Shown: positions 27,201-33,200 of the stretch, one piece after another
Numbering within the stretch: position 1 is the first letter of the stretch
Layout of the letters: each line of letters starts with the position of its first letter
Origin: an uncultured Methanosarcinales archaeon
GTDB taxonomy: Archaea > Nanobdellota > Nanobdellia > Woesearchaeales > JACJVW01
Reading direction: 5' to 3'
DNA length: 59,968 nucleotides
Assembly: GCA_964473285.1 (NCBI GenBank)
Contig: CAYYOI010000004.1
Location: forward strand, 1 to 59,968
Translations under genes and position numbers: made by a program
Notes under the pieces: generated by a model
Databases searched by the model: none
Seen by the model: the letters and a program-made list of their open reading frames with translations, nothing else
What the model was told of the DNA's origin: nothing

Positions 27201-30200
27201 CTACCTGGAAATGATTTGGAAATGACTAATATTTCTTTGCGTGGTTCTTTAAACATGTCAGTAAGGCAAGAACCAAGCGAACCAATTTACTGGTATAATA
27301 CGTCTGATCCTCATTCTCTTATTGTATCTGCCAATGTGACGGATGAGCTTAATTTGCCTGTCCAAAATGCAACAGTTCATATGTATTCACATGCAACCCT
27401 TGATAATTCTTTCACTGAGGTTTCAAGTTGTAATACTGATGCAAATGGCTCATGTATTATAGAATGGGATCCAACAACAACCACACAAGGTACTTTTGAT
27501 ATATATTATAATGTGACAAAGGATTATTATCACGCATCTGATACCTATGAGGATTCAGTAACCATAATCGGAGGTCTATCTATAAAGATGTATAGCCCTG
27601 AAGATGAAGAGATCCTTTACCTTGGTCATATTATGAGTACCAATGTCTCTCTTATTGATAACGGCACTGAAACAGGTTTTGGGAATCTTACACTTAATGT
27701 AACTTTTGATGGCATGCAAATAACCAACAAATCCTACGATGAAATCTTGCTTGATCATCTGGTATATGAGCTTGGTGAACATAGTGTCAATGCTTCAGTT
27801 TATTCAAATCTTAGTGAGGAGCCAGATGCGACTATAATGCATGATGTCAAATTGTATGATCTATTGAATATATCCGAACTTTTAGCTAATGTAACTTCAA
27901 CTCCAAGAAATAATGGGACTATAAATATTTCTGCTACTATTGTACGCATGAGTAATGGGGAGGGAGTTTCTAATTATGATTGTAATTGGTATCTTGATGG
28001 TTCTAGTTTAGCTGTTACCCAAACAAATGATACAGGAGTTTGTACTGTTCAATATAAATTCAATGAGTCACATTCAGTAGGTCCACATGATATAACTGTG
28101 ATGATCCAGGATGATGATTCTTTATTCTATCATGCATATTCTGAGAATTCCTCAATTCAAATAAACCTTACTGAATCTTTGAATCTTACAATATTTTCAG
28201 ATGTTACGAAATTTCATCGTGGTGGGACTGAAGATTTGATCTCTAGAGTAAAGGATGATTTCTCTCTTTTAGATGCAAATGTAACCTGGTCTCTTTATAA
28301 TGAGAGTTCCTTGGTAGAAAAAGTTACTGGCAATGTTACGGAATACAATTTTACTTCTGATTACCTTCTTGGCAACTATACTTTAACTGTCAATGCTACA
28401 AAACCATATTATTATAAGGATACAATCACCCATAACACTTCAATATATGGTTGGTCAGAGATAGAGCTTATTCCTTCTATTGAACCAATCGATTATCGGG
28501 ATTCTGAGACCACCTTTACTTGTCGTGTCACTGATTCAAATAATTCAATCACCGAACTTAATGGTATCAATTTGTATCCTGTGACATTCTATATCAAAAA
28601 TTCTTCAGGAATTATTTCTACTTATCTTAATTATACTGATTCAAACGGTTCACTTGATGGCTTTGCTACAGGTTATTTTAATACCTCTGGATTTGCTCTT
28701 GGGAATTACACATACGGGTGCAATATCGATAGTTCAGAATCCCTTTTCTATGATCCAGTGCTTGGAAATGTCTCAAAACCTGTTACTCTTTATGACACTT
28801 ATGATATAAGCATTGGCCTTAATAGATCTGGAGTCTATCGTGATGATAAACCAAATCTTCCATCATCAGTCATGATCACTGCAAATGTCACTGATAGTGG
28901 ATCAGCTATTGAAAATGCCTGGGTAAGATTCAAGTCAGGAAATTCATTCATATTATCTGCAGGGGAAGAGATTTCCTGTATTACTGATGTGAATGGTACT
29001 TGTTCAGTATCCTGGAATCCTTCATCTGATATACAACGAGGCAAACACATAATTACAGGGGATGCAAGTAAGAAGTATTACCTGCCTCAGATGGAGAATA
29101 ATGAAACACTAGAGATATATGCATATTCAGAACCGAGGATTATTTCACCTGTTGAAAATGAGATTTTTGTAAGAAGTTCTGTAAATAGAACGGTTCCAAT
29201 AAGTTGTGATGTTCTTGAAACTTTTAGAAATGCATCGACATTCAATTATAGCTATCCTTTGACACTTGTCATTCCTAATCCCTCATATCTTGCTTTCAAG
29301 ACTTATAACGGGCTAATTGAATATACCCGTAGGCACTCTGGCACAGAATCAGAAAAACTATTGCAATGGTCTAGTTACAGTACAGAGGGGGCTCATGAAA
29401 TAATTTCAAATGGAAATCTTAAGATTACTGGAAAGAATTATACCGCATATATTGCAGATTTAAATCTTAATATAACTGATTATGATCGTGTTTCTGTTTA
29501 TCTTAGTAACATTAGTAATAATGCTGAATGGCGCATGGAATATAAGGATAAAGATTACTGGGTGCCTTTATGGGATTATAAAAATGGAACATACGTAGAT
29601 TCAATGGATATTAATGTTACTGCAATTGCTTTACATGTTAGGTCTACCAATGCAAGTAATGCTTCTATTATAATTGAATCTATCAATTTTACAGAGACAG
29701 AATATGATTCATTCAATTATATGGGTCATCAAGAATTTTTCAATTCAAATGATGCCTACAATTCAGGAAGTATGGAACGTATTTTAGAGTTAGAGAATTC
29801 ACCAACATATCAGCGATGGTATGAAAACGATCCAGCACTTTCTGCTGGTAGGTCTGATTTTGCAGTGCAGGGCAATTATAGTCTTTTCGCTAATCTAACT
29901 TCACTTTCACCCGGTTACTCAGGCCGTATTAAGTATGCTTTCACTGATCCTTCAAATGCTTTTGCAGACCCTGAATATGTTGGACTATGGATTTATTCTC
30001 CACGTGATTATCTCTCCTATAAATTTAGATTGATAGATGATTCCTCTCAATATACAAAGTCATTTGGATCAGGCTTTAGGGGATGGAAATATCTGCAGCT
30101 TCCACTCGAAGCTTATGAAGATATTGTTGAATTTGAATTAATAATAGTAAATAATGGAAGTCAGCCGGTTACTGATTTAGTCTATTTTGATGATTTCCAT

Positions 30201-33200
30201 CTTATCTATAACACTACTACATTGCCTAATGGACCTGTTAATATAGATTGGAGGTTCAATTCATATGATTCCTTTAGTATTGGTTGTCTTATTAATGATA
30301 GTTTTTATTATAATACCTCAAAAGCAAGCGATTGGAGCCATTTTGCAATAACTTCACCGACAGGAGAAACTGATGAAAAAGATCCTGCACCTCCTTTAAA
30401 TGACGATACAAAAAATAACGCTGAGGTTGTAGGGTTTAGTATTCAGCCAAAATATGATAAATTCTTGATACCAACTAATGATACAGGAGTACTTACAAAT
30501 TTTACTATCACAAATAATCTTGTGACTGAACAAACGTTTGCGCTTGATATTTATAGCGATATCCTTGAGACAGAACCATCAATTACTGTTCCTGGAGGTT
30601 CATCAGTCACCATACCTGTTTTTTATGATACTGAAGGTCTTGGGCCTTATTCATATGAAGATGAGATAGATTATATCCGGGTAACAAACAATGCATCCGG
30701 AATCCTTGAATCAAAGCTTGAGATCACTGCCAGGGAATTGTCTGTTGATATTTTGTCTCCTCTGGCAAGTTCAGCCATTACTGATGCAGTCGCAGGGGAT
30801 ACGATAGTTGTTGATACTCATCTTTCATTCAATTACCAGAATGATCCTGATCTACTTTCAGAGCTTGTTCCAAAAGTGTCAATAAATGGAGAACCATGTG
30901 TGCCGGTTGAGCGTGAGTTTGTACCTACTACATGGAGCGTAAGTTGCCGATTGCCTTCTCTTGAAGGTAACCCTCTCAATACTACACTCAGTGTATCACA
31001 TTCAATCAGCTACCTTTCCAATAAATCAATAACTGCTGTAGGAACAAAAGAGGATTCTGTGCCAGGTGCAGTTATATATCGTGATGTTTCAGGACCGGAG
31101 ATGGAGCTTGTTGATATTAGTTCACATCCTGATGGTAAGTTATTGAATGTTTCATTGTTTGATTATAGTGGTATTTCACATGCTAATGCTCATCTTATTG
31201 AACCCCGATTCATGAAAGTTCATGACCTGTTTGGATATTCAGGTTCACAGGTCTCTAGATTCTCAACCAGTTCAGGTAATTTCAGTATTGACTTGCCTGA
31301 AAATGTGACAGTAAGTGAAAATTCATTCCTAATCTCAGTTTCAGAACCTATTCAGGATCCAGTGGTTGAGGTTGATGGTGATGTGTTATGGCAATATTCT
31401 GGAATACTTGGTACTAACAAAGATTTTGAGAACGGTTCTGTCTTCAATGTAACTAGGCCAGGGCAAAGTACAACCATCAAAATACCCAAAGGGGCTCAAG
31501 TGACAGATTTCAGCCTTTTTGCTGAAAGTTTTTTAGGGGAAGAATCATTTACTGAGCCAACGTCTCTTGCATTAGACGCAAATAATCTTTTTGTTTCTGA
31601 TTCGCAAGCAGGACTGATATACAAATTTGATTCAGAGACTTTTGAATTTAAAGGCTCATTTGGAAACGTCAGGACAAATACATATGATACTTTGGATTTA
31701 CCTATTTATATAACTACTTCACTTGGTGGTGTGGATGTTCTTGATACAATTGATGGTAGCCTTAAATTCTATAAGGAGAAAGAAGATTCATACACTTTTG
31801 ATGGTATACGTGCAGATTCCTTTAATTTTCCACGTTCAGTCTATCATGATGGTTCGAAATATTATATTGCAGATACTGAAAATGATCAGATAGTAGTACT
31901 GTCTGATTCATATTCTGTTATAGAAACATTCAATAGTACATGTACTTCATATCCATTGGATAATCCTCTAGATGTTGTTGTTGACGATTCTTATATGTAT
32001 GTGGCAGATAACCAAAGGGTTATGATATATGATAAAGAAGGTGATTGCCATGAGCTATTCCTTAAGCTTGATAGTGCTAGAGGCAACAATTATGAGTTCA
32101 AATCTCCTTCATCATTGTTTGTCGATGAAACCTTCCTTTATGTTGCAGATTCAGAACTAAACACAGTCCGTCTTTATGAAAGGAATAATTCTTTTATTTA
32201 TAACTCTACACTTGAAAATGTATCCCGTCCAAGAGATATTATTGCTGAAGATTCGAGATTATATGTTATTGATTCACTCAATGATGAGGTTTTGATATTT
32301 GAAGATGGTAAATTAAACCTAACATTAAAAACTTTCAGTTCAGGATATCCTTATGATCTTATTATTGATGTAGGTAATGATCGTTATGATAGTCCGGTAG
32401 TCACAACTAACATTGAATACCGTAACAAGACAATTCTTGATGGGTCAACTTTCAATGGTACATTTAACCGAGATGTACTTTCAATTGGAGGAGAATCATT
32501 TATTGATGCAGCTAATGAGTTTATATCACAATGTGAACCTTCTTATGACCAATATGGTACCGGCTTTTGTGATTTGCCTATATCAGTAGATTATGCTATA
32601 CCTGGGAAAATTCAGTTGCGTAACCTTACTTTATCATATGATTTTGATCATTTAATTTCAGATTTTGAAGGAAATTCCTTTACATATTCTTCTAATTCAG
32701 AAGAGGAACTTATGTTCTCAAACCTTAGTATATTTTATACGCAGAATTATTCCACTTATGAACTTGAGCCTGGTTGGTCGACTTTGTTGGATAATTTCTC
32801 ATATCCTGGTGAATACTCTGTTGTTGTCAATGCTTATGATACTCTTGGTCATTCTACAAGTACAGATTATGTAATTGACCATTTTTCTGAAATACCTTTA
32901 ATAAATGATGTGGTATCCAGCTCTCAAATTACAGGTTCACTTGCTTTCCTTGATGATGACTATGAAAGAACAATCTACAATTTTACTATTTCAGATACCC
33001 TTAATGAGTCAATCTTTAATCGTAGCTTGTATGATCTGAATATGGATATGATGATTCCATATTATAGTGAAAAGACAGTTGGTGAATTCGAAACTTCACT
33101 TTATTTTGATGATGTATCATTTGTATTGAGCAGGGATAATACTACTAACATCTCTGGAATATTAGATCCGATACAGTTAAATTCATATGACTTATTTTCA

